Positions 26,999 through 40,559 are shown, counted from the first letter of the stretch. The stretch: DNA of 64,000 bases from Vermamoeba vermiformis (GCA_045837725.1 JBEWZL010000212.1:62001-126000); one strand, 5' to 3'. Numbers and translations are program-made. Notes: generated by a model not told the origin, from the sequence alone.

Positions 26999-27069
26999 TC
27001 AGGCCTGCCGGAATTGAACCGACGTCTAAGGGACTACAGCCCTCCGTTCTACCACTAAACTAAGGCCTG
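26999..27069 (-). tRNA. tRNA-Tyr (GTA), no intron
   Basis: Full cloverleaf CAGGCCT/AGGCCTG, D arm GTTT/GAAC, anticodon arm GAGGG-CTGTAGT-CCCTT, T arm GTCGG-TTCAATT-CCGGC; C1-G72 and A73 Tyr identity elements; T9 run downstream (26982-26974). Confidence 0.92.
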
Positions 27070-27175
27070 TTGTTGATTTCAAATCGAACAAAATTTGTCT
27101 AGCCGTGCAAAAGATCCACATCCCAAATCTAAACTAAGGACTGGCCCGCTTATCTTTTGATGCTACTATCAATAG

Positions 27176-27433
27176 AGCACATACGTTGACAGTCTTACCG
27201 TCGGTCTTTGACAACAGTGTGCGTGCCTTGTTTGAGGGCCTCGTTGACTTCAATGAAATGTTTCACGCTTTCGCACCTGACAACTTGTGGGAAATTGGCT
27301 GCAAAGAGCATTTGCCACCGCCAGCTGAAAAATATGAAGAAGAGCTTGACTTAAGTACGTTTCACCGTGACTTAACCAACTTGTTAATTTTCTTCGTGTA
27401 GCGCAAGTTGACGTTTATGGATGCAAACTATAA
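27176..27433 (+). CDS. Two coding-like exons ending in -CKL*, possibly the 3' end of the ARM locus
   Basis: Acceptor AATAG at 27175, open frame AHTLTVLPSV...EELDL, intron 27355-27401 (GTACGT..TAG), last exon TQVDVYGCKL*. Confidence 0.4.
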
Positions 27434-28465
27434 GACACTACTAATCGTTCAATATGCTGCGCCAGATCAGGTCCGCTCTCCCAGGTGAATATTGGGGCGT
27501 TAATAGGCTCCGTAGACTTTATTAAAGTCTTATGTAACGACCAATCTTTTCGTGCCAAGATCGCATCCGAACTTGAACGGAAAAAATTTAGTTAGATAAA
27601 AGAGTATTTGTATAATAATATTATATTACCTTTGCAAATGTAAGCACGGACAATAATCACCGTGTCCATCGCCAACATAAATAACGTGGTCGAATTTCTT
27701 TTTCGCGAGCATTTTTTTCAATTCTTTGCCTTTGCATAAATTCACTGGACAATGCTTGCAATGATGTGGTTCATTTGCATCTTGATAGGGCTTAATATGC
27801 AAACGACCTTGCTCGTCCCAGTACGCATGATTTGTAATTGTTTCACTGAAACACGATGAAATTTCATTGGCATCGTTAATGAGCTGAATGTACTCTGTAT
27901 TTGCATCGGATAGTATTTTGAACTCAATAGGAGGTGATTTATGTGATAAAGTCTTAATTGTAGCGACTATATTCTCGTCCTAATAAAAATTAAATTTGAC
28001 CGTTAGATCCAGATCTTCAACAAAAAATCTCCTAAATTAATCAATGATATTTTTTGAGTATATATTAGTAATAGTAATTATACGTACTAATTTGACCTCT
28101 CTGAAAATTCGTTCAATGTGTGCACGTGTGATCCCTCGTTCAAATAATCGTCCAACCAAATGATCCTGCATTATAAATAGCACAAAATTAATATAAATAT
28201 TCATATTATTTAATATTAATTACTGCATTTGGCGATTTGTTTACCATTAAATTTGTCCACTGCATCTGTTTCCTTAATTCACCAATATTTTTCGAAATAT
28301 CAGGCGCTAATTTGTCGAAAATATATATGTCTGAATTTCTATCGATAAGCAGAGACCTAAGGAATAGACAGTAAGAAACATTGATCGATACTCAGTGGAT
28401 TCGCTCGGGCGTTAGGAATGTAAACTAGCTTACCAGTCGTAGTCAAACACCACTAATATGCTCAT
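27415..28465 (-). CDS. PHOSPHO1/2-family HAD phosphatase (pyridoxal-phosphate/phosphocholine type)
   Basis: MSILVVFDYDW/SL..RNSD motif I and YVGDGHGDYCP motif IV; GT-AG introns. Confidence 0.88.
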
Positions 28466-29047
28466 TGTGATAAATTATAAGACTTTGATAAAATAATTAT
28501 TGCTCTGTTGTGTTACGCTGTCGCTTTAAAAAAATAAATTTATTAACGCTTCGCTGTCAGACTTTTGGTTGGGTTTCCCGCACCACATAATTAACCTAAG
28601 GGGATTGCTTAAATTGTTTTATCATATTAGAAGACGCTTCATTCATGCTAGGGCCTGATCTGCAGCAATCAAGTGAGGCTCGATAATATTGGATCTTCCA
28701 AATTGAATCAGTGCATGCAAACGCAATCGCTTTTATTCGTTATTCGTAAACTCTACCATTTATGGTCATAATCATTAAGTAATAAGAGTTAAAAATAGAC
28801 TAAACTATATCTCGAAAATCTCAGCTGTCAGAGTTAAAAATTTTCGACAAGCGAAATGGTACTTGTCAGTCATTTCGTCAGTTAGTAACTCCTTCTTCAA
28901 TTAGACACAACGTAAGTACTGCGAAATACAAAATCGTTAACGCATCCACACCAAAGGTGCGGATGTGATTGAAAGTAATCAATTCCGCAATTCCACGCTA
29001 TTTAGTGCAATGAAAAGTACTAATAGGCATTAATATAGACGCCTAAT

Positions 29048-31282
29048 ATGAGGACGATAGCTTTGTCCTCGCTCATAGCAATTGTTTTTTTGTTGTCCAT
29101 CCAAACGCCTTCAACAACCGCAAATCTCGTCGTTCAAACAAATAATGGCTCAATTTATATATTACAGTCTATTCAAGTTATTTACAAAGGTAAGAGCGTT
29201 ATTAAGTTATGGCGATAGCTAAGGACATTCATGACCTTTAATTAGAATTTTTAATCCGTCAATTACAACCGTTGCTAATTTACAAAATCATAGTAGAATA
29301 TTGTTTATTATAGTCTTCCATTCAATCGTTAGTGAATCCAACCTATTGTGTACGAGATTTTGGACTCACACAAGCGGACTTGACATTATAACCTTCTTGA
29401 GGTTATGAACTGTCTCGACCTTTATATTTAAATTATTTTTAGTCTAAATTAGAACTTTTTAAACACATTTTGTCGTTTTTTCAGGCTTATAAATTTCTTT
29501 CGTTACTTACCTGCCAACGAATACTAACTAATCAAATATATAGGCAATCCCTCACTGCCAATTACGGATAACATAACTTCATCTGCCACAAATAACGCCT
29601 CAAATGTTTTGGATGCCATTTGGGTACTCAGATCGAGTCTGCCGATCGAACAAAGAGTAGCGGAAGCGGAGAAAAATGGAGTTAAAGCGGTCATAAATAT
29701 TACTCCAGTATACTGTAAGTAATTAGTTAACTTAAAATCGATTAAATAGCCTGTTGTCAAAAACGGTAGTTGCGGATGCGAATCCAGAAGCAATTTTACA
29801 ATTTAATGAACTAATTTAGACATTTAAATTAAAGACGTACCTGGCTACTTGACCTATCGCATGAACGACCGAGCTCTTAGTTCGAGGATTACCGTGCCAA
29901 TGTTCGAGGTTGCAATTGACGACGGAAAAATTCTGTGGCCTTTAATCTTGAACAACGAAGTAGTGAATATTACTATCATGCCTGACGGTAAGAATGAATA
30001 ATTAATTTTAGTCGTCCGTTAAAATTTCAACTAAAACTGTTGACACTTTAACGATGACACGTGTCAACGATTTTTACTTACAGTAATGTTCGTCAGAGGT
30101 GCCTAATCAATGGGAGATAGTGCTCGACAACCCATTGAACTACGCATGGGTTGGTATGTATTTTGCACAATGGCCAGACATGACGCTAACCCATTGATTC
30201 ACATGGATAGTCACGTTGTGCCTGTTCGCAGCCACTAACGTCGCGCTCTGCATTTGGAAGCTCGTGCTGTTCACTCATTACTATAAGGAAGTCAAAGTCA
30301 CCATCGCTATCTACGTCCTGAGCATTGAACTGATTTCAAATGCGCGTAAGTCCGTGCCCTTACTACTCGTCGCATGTCATATTTTACGTTACTAACCGTA
30401 CCTTAGTGCGAGTGGTGGCGAGCATTGATGCATTTGGTGCGACAGGAGTCTATCCGGAATGGGCTAACATTGCATTTATCGAGCAAAGTTTCCCCTTCGC
30501 GTTGGCCTCGTTCATGTTGTTCACATTGTACTGGCACGAGATGATGACCAATGCCTCTGTCGTGGTGCACCCGTTCATCACGCGGATGAGAATACCGTTC
30601 TTTGCTATATCTGGGGCTATGGTGCTTATTCAGGTCATCAGAACCATCGTCCGAAATGCCACTACAACCGAGGTCAATTTGAGCATTATGACATGTACGT
30701 GATGTTATTTCTTACTATTCTACGGTATTAATATAACCTTAATATTGCAGCTATTATATATTTAATTGCTGCGCTTGGCTTGGTCATTTTTTACACCATT
30801 ACCGGCGTTAAATTGCTCAAACGGTTGTACGATAGAAAAAAGTCTGGCCGAGCCACAAGCCTAAAAAAGGTAAAGATAAATACAACTAGTATTATTTTAT
30901 TAATATTAATATTAATTCTATACCTTGTAGAGCACGATCAGAATTTTGACGAGCGGTGCCTTCATATTTAGTTTTGTGATTGTAGCCATCTTGTTCGTGA
31001 CTGGTTTGCCTTATCGACCTGTTCGTAAGTGTTACTATAATTGTCCTATTTTATGGAGTAATTTGGCTAATTAGTATTACCGTAGCTTTTGTCGTCATCT
31101 GGTGGATCTTCATCGTCATTGTTGATTGTGCATCTCTTATGAATATATTGGCCTTCCAATTGCCCAAGAACTCATCATCAACCTCGCGTAGGTCAGTCGG
31201 CAGTGTTCACGCGACTAGTTCCAAGGACGATTCTACTCGCCAAACTATGAGTGCGCCTCCATCCACCGCTCAAGTTGTTTAA
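29048..31282 (+). CDS. Signal peptide + PA-like domain + multi-pass (about 7TM) membrane protein
   Basis: Signal MRTIALSSLIAIVFLL; PA-like EQRVAEAEKNGVKAVI..PG..ITVPMFEVAIDDG; TM helices including LFTLYWHE; Ser-rich tail. Confidence 0.65.
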
Positions 31283-31838
31283 TGATAAAAAACTGTTATG
31301 TAAAATATGTAGATAAATCTAAAAATACTTAAATAACGAAAATATCTATTCCTTAGGATACGAGGGACGCATCCATATTTTTTAATTGCAATTTAATAGG
31401 ATTGTGGCTATTAGATCAAATCACTTTTAGGCGAAAATAATTAATTATTAATTTTGGAATCTAACACACGACAAACGCTATTAACGAGATTGCGCGTTAG
31501 TTTGGCTTACCGGCCCGGATATCGTGGTCAAAGTGTAATTGTTTCTATATAGCATGCTGGATGCACTCTATTCAGCTAATGCTACTAATATGCTCATCGA
31601 GGTTGTGCATGAGATATTGGAAAGTTCACAATACAGGACAAAAATTTGGGTTGTTACGGATGCGCTCTTTTTTGTCCCATAGTTCACTCATATATCACAC
31701 TAGGCTATTAATTACTTACAATTAATGAAACGACCTTGAACGGCGGATCAGGCAAAGAACTAACTGTTGACTCTTCGATCAAGTTGTTAGAATGCCTTTG
31801 TGCGAGCCAATAGCAGTTGAAGATGATAAAAAAATTAA

Positions 31839-34800
31839 ATGGATCCGCGAGATTGATTTGGATGATTTAGCTATTGAACGTAACGGTAAGTAATGGTCTA
31901 TCGAAAAAGTAGATTTGGTGTTGACTTTCAAAATCAAGATTATTTTTGCATTAAGTAATATTTAAAATATATAATGCTCATGTATCATTATTTGATCATA
32001 ATTCTCGTTAAATAATATTCAACAAGTAAATTGCTAAAAAATATTTGACATCTGCGTTCAAATTTGAATATAACCGCTGTATACACTGGAATATATTTTA
32101 ATCCATATCAATCATTGTTATTATATCGATATTTACATTATATACTACCGTCAGATTTTTTCAAATAAATTTAATATTTTTTTAAATGGCTGCGCAATGA
32201 GAAACAACGGCAGGTGACTCATTTTATTTTTTTATATAGCCTCAGATGATAAAGAATACAGAATAGTATATAACAACAAATGGATGATTGCTCATGCAGT
32301 TTCGTTGAACGCGATCCAACATGACTACAATCAAATAACGACAAAATTAGATGTAGAACTGAAAACTCTCGAAGAAACCAAAGATAAGATGAATAGTAAC
32401 AAGGTCGTATTTAATAGAGACAGCTATCTCTATTGTTTCTTTCAAAATCAATATTTGGCGGCAAAAAGCCTCGAGATCCACGATATGTTACGTCAAAATA
32501 ATCGATGGACTGAAGCGGAGCAATTTATAGAGAAAAATCCCGACTCACTATCTATTATAGATGATAAGGTAAGCTTTAATATAAATCTAACAAAATTTTT
32601 TTGGTGGTCCAGATCTAACGCCCAAAAAGTTTTTCCGCTGTTGCGTAACAAATCAATCTCAGTATAAAAATAGCATTAATAATATGTATTATAGGGACAA
32701 GTTCCACTTCATATTATAGCTGGTGCAGGCCAACCAGATCTATTAAAATTTGTGTTGACTTTAGTAGACCGAAATAATTCTAAAAAAGGCGAAAAGAAGG
32801 TAATATAAGGCACTGTTATATATATAGTCATATTTGCAAATTTAAATATTAATCCCAATTTCAATTCGTGTAGTTGGATCCCGAAGTGAACACGCGAGAT
32901 AACAACAATTGGACGCCGTTACATTGCGCCGCATTTGGCCAGCACTTCAAGTGCATTGAAATACTTGTCCGCGACGGCAATTCGCACGTGTGTTGTTTGA
33001 CCGACAAGAATTTCACTGCGATGCACTTCTTGGCCAGGTAAGGATCTCGCATGCCAAAAATTTTTCACTCCGTAGAAAAAATATTACGAGTTCTTTTCTT
33101 TATTTTCATTCACACTAATGTGTTGTTATTATATTAGGTGGCCACACAAAGATGAAGATGAAGGCAGGTTCAATGACGTGATCAAGTTATTGATGGACCG
33201 TGGTGCTGATATCAACGCACAAGCGATGAAGGGCGAGGTACGACACTCTCTTTGACACGTGTCATATTTCACTCTTGATAGTCTTATTAACGTAATTTAT
33301 TTATCAAGGCCCCAATTCACGAAGCATGTCTGCACGCACCGCTCAAAACTGTCAAAGCACTTTTGGCACTTGGAGCTGACTTGCACATCAAAACACTGTA
33401 CGTACAATAGCTGACATATCTCGTAGCTAAGCTTATTAACAATGCTTTTAGGTCGGGCGATAATGTCCTTCATTTTGCAATTCGTGCCAAAAATTTTGAT
33501 CTCGCGGAATTTCTCGTCGAGAAAGGTGTTGATTTAACAGCGGAAGGCGAGGAAGGCACACCACTAGAACTCGCTAATCAGATTGGAGACACGCACATTG
33601 TCAACATGTTGAAGCTATACAGGAAGGCCAAGAAGGCCACGTACGTTCCTTCGCCTAGCAATTCACCACCAATGAGTCCGCCAAGACTGAGCTTAATCTC
33701 TTCGGCCATGGATAAATCAACGTACGTAGTAATTGGCTTTATTACTGACTTGACATTACTAACGACCCGAAATGAAGTTTTGGAACGAAATTCACCATAC
33801 ACGATGCCGTTACAAAAAATCAATCGGATAGAGTTGTGTTTTTTATTCAAGACGACGAATCACTATTGAACGCACGAAACGATTCGAAGTGGACACCAGC
33901 ACTATTAGCAGCGGCCTATGGATATTTCGATCTGTTGAAAATTCTGATTTCCAGACCAACGATAGAAGTCAACTGCGTCACTCCCGATGGCAGTGGAATT
34001 TTGCACTATTGTTTCAGAAACTTGTAAGTTACACTTAGTTAGACAAGTCCTCGTGCCTCAACTCATTTTCGCATGTGTAGTATTAATCAACAGAAAGAAA
34101 AAGACACGTTGAGTGACATAGTTTCGATGTTAATGGAAAAACGGCTCGACATTAATTTGAAAAATAATTACGGACAAACAGCACTGCACGAAGCCGCACA
34201 ACGAGGAAATCTCGCGGCAGTTGATATTTTGATCAAGCACCGTGCTGAAATCAACGCTGTTACTAAGTACGTATTTCTCGCTGTTCGAGTGATTTTTGAG
34301 GGTTGGATCTGACTTTCCTTATTTAGAAATGGTGAGACACCGCTACATTATGCAGCACGTGGAGGCCACATTGAAGTTATTAAGCTGTTGTTGGCCAACA
34401 AAGCTGACAAGCACAGACGCGGCAAGCGTGGCACAGCACTGGACGTCGCGAGCAATGCGGATGTAGTGCGTGTCATCAAGATGTATCGCATGCCTCGTAA
34501 GTTCTTTGCAGTACTTAGACACATCTTCTTTATGAATATCATTTCCGTGAGGCCTAGTACCATATTTATTAATGGCATGTTATTACAGACGGATCTCACG
34601 GCTCGAGTGAACTGAAAAACGACCAGTTGGATGCGGTCCGACATCGACCTCGAACCGATTCAAATTCATCTTCTACAAGCTTAGATTATAGACGATGTAA
34701 GTACAACTAGATAATAGTCGAATTTTGGAATTAATCGATGCGTAGCGGCTACGTACAATGACAGCGAGAGTGGCGAGGATACTGAAGACAGTACGAGCTT

Positions 34801-37800
34801 CAACAACGAGAATGTAAATAACAACGACCCTAAAATGACGTTGATGACGCCTACTGCTGAGTCGAGGATCAAACAGCGGCATATTCAGTACTTCCACTTG
34901 AACGGCAACGATCAGTTGGTTGAAGGTAAGATTAACTACAGATCTATCATCCGAAGGAAGATAATACGATTCATTGCTAATCGCTTCGTATTATAGTTAT
35001 CAAGATCCTTTTCGAAGGAGAAGAAACGAAGAAGCTGACGGTGGATGCCGAAGGAGATCTTTGTATTTGGCAACACTTCTTGACCTTTCTTTCAGCAGAC
35101 GACAAGGTCCACTTGGTACGTATATTACATATTATTATATTATACAGCTAACTAGCTTATATCAAATTTATTATCGAGTTTTCTGAAGCGAGTCTTTTAT
35201 TTGAAGACTTACATGTACATTGCTAACAATGGTTGTTATATAGAAAATATCACTCTTCGATGTCACAAACTTCAAGCATCAGAAAGTCTTTCTTCAGTTC
35301 AATAAGCTGATCATAACGGCTGGCAAGCAAAAGTTTGTCTTTGCCCGCGAAGAAGAGCTAGAAGGAACACTAGCAGTCTTAAAGCATCTACATGCATCGA
35401 AAGGTATTAACGTACCGTTAATGGTCCTCGGTGAGCCGATCCAGCACATGCTAGGCGCCTTGAAATATCCGAAAGAAAATAAGAAATTCAGAAAGACCTT
35501 TAATTTACCTGAAACTGAAGCTATCGTAGCATGTAAGTACCATCAAGCGTCAGAAAATACGAAAAAATATTTAACCGCCAGATCAAACGAAATTGAACTT
35601 CACTTTGACGCATCCGACAGATCTCGATTCCTTTAGGGAATTTATTAACGCTGTTCTTTATAGTCTTTTCATGCAAGTTCGGTGACAGGACCTTGAGTCC
35701 TAAAGGCAAGCTCTATACCTCACGCTTTCATATCGGGTTCGACAACGGATCTGGCCTTGTTGTATGTTTTCAAGCTGACGGTCCTATTAATAGACTACTA
35801 ACTGTCATATATCCGCACAGAAATTAATATCTTTCGAAAATATCAAGTCCATAAAGGAGTCCAGCAAGAAGGCGATAGTCATTGAACTGCCAAACGAATC
35901 CGTAAGCCAAAACAACTTTGTTCTTCGTGCAAATTACGTATTTTTTATTGCACGTTATCATTAATTACAGCGTTTATGCTATTGGTCCCGTGTAATTTCG
36001 TTTTGATCTGTTTCTCAAGTTTCGATCAGAATTTTCAGTGGTTCAGGGAATTTATTGCTGCTTTAATCACTAAGCTTCTTATTTACGTAGTACGTATTCT
36101 CGTCGTTTGCCAATAGATCAGCTGTATTTAAGCTATTAGAAAAATTATGGAATGATGTTTACAAGGTGAGATTCGGATTTGTTTGTCAGAATGTTTGAAT
36201 ATCGCTAATTTGCTATCATATTCAGAAAGTTCGAGTTGCTATCTTCACTCCTACTGGTAACATCAATCGCGAGTTGTTTGAATCCACTGTTAACCTTCTT
36301 CGATCGAATGCGGATGCGAACATTCGATGGGTAATGTTCCAAAACGCGCACGGACCATTGCCATCGATTGAAAAAATGAAGTAAGTACTTATCTTATCAG
36401 ATTTGACCGCACCCGATATCTTTTAATAAGACTTTTACTTGAAAAACCTAAACGAGACTAATGTACATTCTTACGAGAAATTACAAGAAACAAATTGGAT
36501 GCGACATCTATATCATATTCTCCAACAGTTTTATCATTATTTAATTCTTCTCCTTTAAAGAGTAATTTTTGTTGCTTCACATCGACGCCAGTCTGTTTCT
36601 GAATTTTCTTCTTTACGTCCCTAATCTTATCTTTTGACTGTATATGTAATTCTAATGACTTCTCGTTTGATCCTTTGCCTGGCATCATGATTTAGATGTT
36701 TGTTTCATGCTGTTTTGATTGAAAATGCCTAATTAAAAAAATCAAAATTTATTCTGTGAATCACGTGCTAGCCCTGGTTGATGCATTTTGTGACACGTGT
36801 ACGTTAGGACATATACTCATGCTATTTATTCCATAGGGCGCTCAATATAGACATCTACAATATCAAGGACCCGAAGTCAAAAGAAGAGCTGACAGATCTG
36901 CTCAAACAAATGGACAAGCTCGTTATACTAGCTTGCGAAGTAGACTCGAATACCATTAATCAGGTATAATACCATTTATCCGTAACTTAAAATGTTTCGG
37001 GCGAAGACATTTCCCCGTACATTCAAGAGAAAAGTTTTAAATTGCTGCCAAATTTAGCTCGTTAGAAACTCCGAAAAACCTTTTTCTCTGCGATATCTTC
37101 TCGTTATAGTCAGTTTTGCTAACATTTGACTAATTAGGTTCAAGCACTCGTCGAATGCTCGCCACCGCAACTACGGCAGGTGATCTGCGTGACTACGACC
37201 TTGAGCGAGGGCAATGATTTCTTGTCTTGCTGCAACAAAACTGTACAAACATTCGTCGAAGAAGCACGTAAGTAGTCATATAGGCCTCTCCTAGTATTGG
37301 AAACTTGGCCTTTTGGACGCAGTTTTTTTCACGGTACTAAAGATATTTTGTTGGACAGCAATGCCGTTCACGTTTATTCGCAGCAACGGCGCTATCATGC
37401 AGCTATTCAAAGAGCCGTTCATCCGCATCAAAAAAGATTCGTGCTTCAGACTGCCATTGCCGCGCGACAAAAAGTACGCGTGGGTCGATGTGCACGATGT
37501 AGCGCGAATGGTTGCATTAGTGACGAGTACGTTATTGATTGCACTTTATGTAATTTATTAATGTGCTATATTTAGGCTGTCCTCGGGCTACGGAAGCGGA
37601 GCATTACCGCAAGATGTATTACGTGAGCGGTCCTGAAGCTCTGAGCTGCGAAGAAGTGAGTCAAATCTTCGCTGGCGAATTGAATTCCGAGACGTTTTTC
37701 GAAGAGCTCGAAATGAGTCAATACAAAGAGTATCTCATGGCACTCAAAAAGTAAGTCAAAAATCACGTCAACGAGCTTTATTCGTGATAATATAGCGGTC

Positions 37801-40559
37801 TTAAGAGCTTCTGACCACTTTTCAAGTCATTGATTTTTGGATCTGGTCAAGACTCACACTCATTTTTATTGTGTTTTGAGTGAATGTCATTGCTCACATT
37901 TCATATTAGGGAGGTGCTAGACATGCAGAAAGAGGCCTCGCCAGTGATGTCAGTGATACAGAGTGGGCTGACGACGATTGGCAGTCTGGTAGTTTCATCT
38001 TCGAACAGTTCATCTGACGGCATTCATCCAGCCATCGACGAGTACGAGACCAAACAACGACGAAGGATCTTGTCAACTCTGCTTCCTTGGGGCAATAATC
38101 CTAACTCAAATACCAACACCGAGCAGGACGCCACGAAACAGTGGGAGGATTACACCGATTGGAAAATTGATCGATTGGTCGAGCTTTTCAAAGCCTTGAA
38201 CGCGTTTGACACGCACAGCATTGTGTCGCCGTTGTATCAGGAGATCACAGGCAACGAGCCCAAGAGTTTTGTCGAATTCGTCAATGACAACGTGGAGCTC
38301 TTCAAAGACAAGTTCTTAATGTATTGTAAGTGCCACGTTTTATCTGACAATGGCACGAATGACACGCTAACAATGTGCTTTAGTCTCGTCCTCGCAGTAC
38401 ACGTCCATATTGAATCAGTTTTCTGAAATCAACAAGAAGAACACGACGCTCAACTTGACGGACTTCACGAAGGCCTTAGGGTTCTTATTGGCCGACGAGT
38501 ACATTGCGTGCAGGCTGTTCAAGGCCTTTGACGTTGAGCGCGACGGATCTGTGGACTCGAACGATTTCATCACGAGCTTGAGCATTCTGACACGTGGCAA
38601 TGCTGAAGAACAATTGCAAAGTAAGACCAGTGTCATATAAGTGTGGACCGTTCGTGACTAACTAACCCGTTCTTACAGTGGCGTTCAAGATGCTCGACAG
38701 TGAAGGCAAAGGCTTCGTGTCAAAAGATGACTTGGCGATGTTCTTGAAGTCCATCGAATCTACGCTGAACAAGTACAACCTCGGCACGAAACACTTGAAA
38801 GATGTCACTGAAGTGTTTTTCCCGCCCAATTCCACCGTCCTCAAATTGAACTTCGATCAGTTCTCGCAGATCGTGACGCAAAACTTTAAAGTGGTTCAAA
38901 GCCTCGGTCGATTGACTCATAAGGCAGTGTTGCCCGAAAAACTGCTCAGAAATGCCAAACGACGTGGCTTGGCCATTGCTTTTGGACACGAGCAATGGGA
39001 GCTAACGCAGAACATGCTCTTGGGATTCACGAAATCGGTATGTGCCGCACTTTCCATATTTGGTAATAGCTCGACACGTGCTAACTTGATGCTATTTTTA
39101 GTTGAGCAAGATCAACAAGCGATTGAAAACGTTGAAGCTGAACTACTTGCACGACATTATTCATTTCAGCGAAGAAATTGAAGAGCCAGTCAGCAGTTTG
39201 AGGTACGATATTCACGATTACCATATTAGTCTATCATTACTAAATAAGGCAATCGTCAGTTTTAACGCCACGAGCTCCCTGCCTCGTTTGACATTGACAG
39301 CCACGAGCGAACAGACGCAGAACTGGAGTTTTATTGACGTCGCGCCAGCCGTGTTCTGGAAGATCCGCGAGTTCTTTGGCGTGGACCAAAAAGAATACAT
39401 GCACACCTTGAGTGTTGAGCGGTTGTTGGGCAGTTTGTTGACCGGCAGATTCGCTTCGCTCGAAGAGATCGCATCCAGTGGTCGCAGCGGCAGTTTCTTT
39501 TTGAAAACTGAAGACGGCAAGTACTTCATTAAGACCTTGCCGCCCGACGAACATCAGTTCTTGAAGAAGATTTTGCCGCAGTATTGGACCGTAAGTATCG
39601 ATCAGATGCGCGTGCCACATCCACAAAAAAAATTGGATCTGACTATGTTTGGCTTGTTTAGCACATCAATAGGTACCCGAACACATTAGTACCACGCTTC
39701 TATGGTCTACACAAGTTGAAGCAACAAATTATGAGCAACAAGAAAGAAGTCGGCAAACCGACCGAGATCTACTTTGTCGTGATGGCCAATCTGTTTGACA
39801 CGCCATATGACATTCATGAACAATACGACTTGAAGGTAGCCCCCACCTATAACATATACATATAGTTACTAGTGTCCTAACAATATATCTTAGGGATCCA
39901 CGGTGAACAGATCTGTCCGGTCAGAAGATTGGAACAGCAATGTTGCGTTGAAAGATTTGGACTTTCATCGACGAATCGTATTGGGTCCTGTATTGAAATC
40001 TATGCTGCTCGAACAGGCAGAAATAGACAGCAAGGTAAGCCCGATGAATGTTATTACCATCTATAGAAATCACGTGCTAAAGTGTGCCTCGAACAGTGGA
40101 TGGAAAGTATGAACATTTGCGACTACAGTTTGCTCGTTGGATTTAGCTTCTTAATTGACGAAGATAAGAAGAAACTAAGCGGTAAGAAACAATTATTATA
40201 TATTTTTTGAATATGAGTTGTGTTTAATGTTTTTTTTTTGGATGTGCAGAACAACCAGATCCAGGTCCGCTTGACAAATCTGTATTCAAACAGAATCGTG
40301 GCGGATTATTAGCAGGTACTCGTGATCGCAACGAGGTCTATTGCATCGGCATCATTGACACACTCACTGTGTACGATCTGAAAAAGAAAGGTGAAAGTGT
40401 GTTGAAGTCCGTCTTGTATAATAAGGTATGGCTATTCAATATTATTAATGATATCATGGCTCTAACGGGGCATTCCTTTTATAGAAAGAAATTTCCGCCA
40501 TATCTCCGGAGCCTTACCGAAAGAGGTTTTTGAAGTACTTGGCGTCGATTGTGGATTAG
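31839..40559 (+). CDS. Multidomain phosphatidylinositol-phosphate kinase: ankyrin repeats - two GRAM/PH-like - NmrA-like Rossmann - EF-hands - PIPK
   Basis: Splice phases checked across the domain junctions; TPLH ankyrins, FRKTFNLPETE GRAM, WVDVHDVA/VSGPEALS NmrA-like, DVERDGSVD EF-hand, SSGRSGSFF..YFIK, YDLKGS, DYSLLVG, GIID. Confidence 0.8.
36458..36688 (-). CDS. Ubiquitin-like ORF nested antisense in intron 36381-36836
   Basis: DKIRDVKKKIQKQTGVDVKQQKLLFKGEELNNDKTVGEYDI..SNLFLV aligns with ubiquitin; no C-terminal GG; may be a pseudogene. Confidence 0.65.
   Translation of the reverse strand: MMPGKGSNEKSLELHIQSKDKIRDVKKKIQKQTGVDVKQQKLLFKGEELNNDKTVGEYDIDVASNLFLVISRKNVH

Noticed and set aside
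28603-28670. GATTGCT/AGCAATC-bounded stretch containing CTGA (possible C/D snoRNA)
   Set aside because: No convincing C box or guide sequence.
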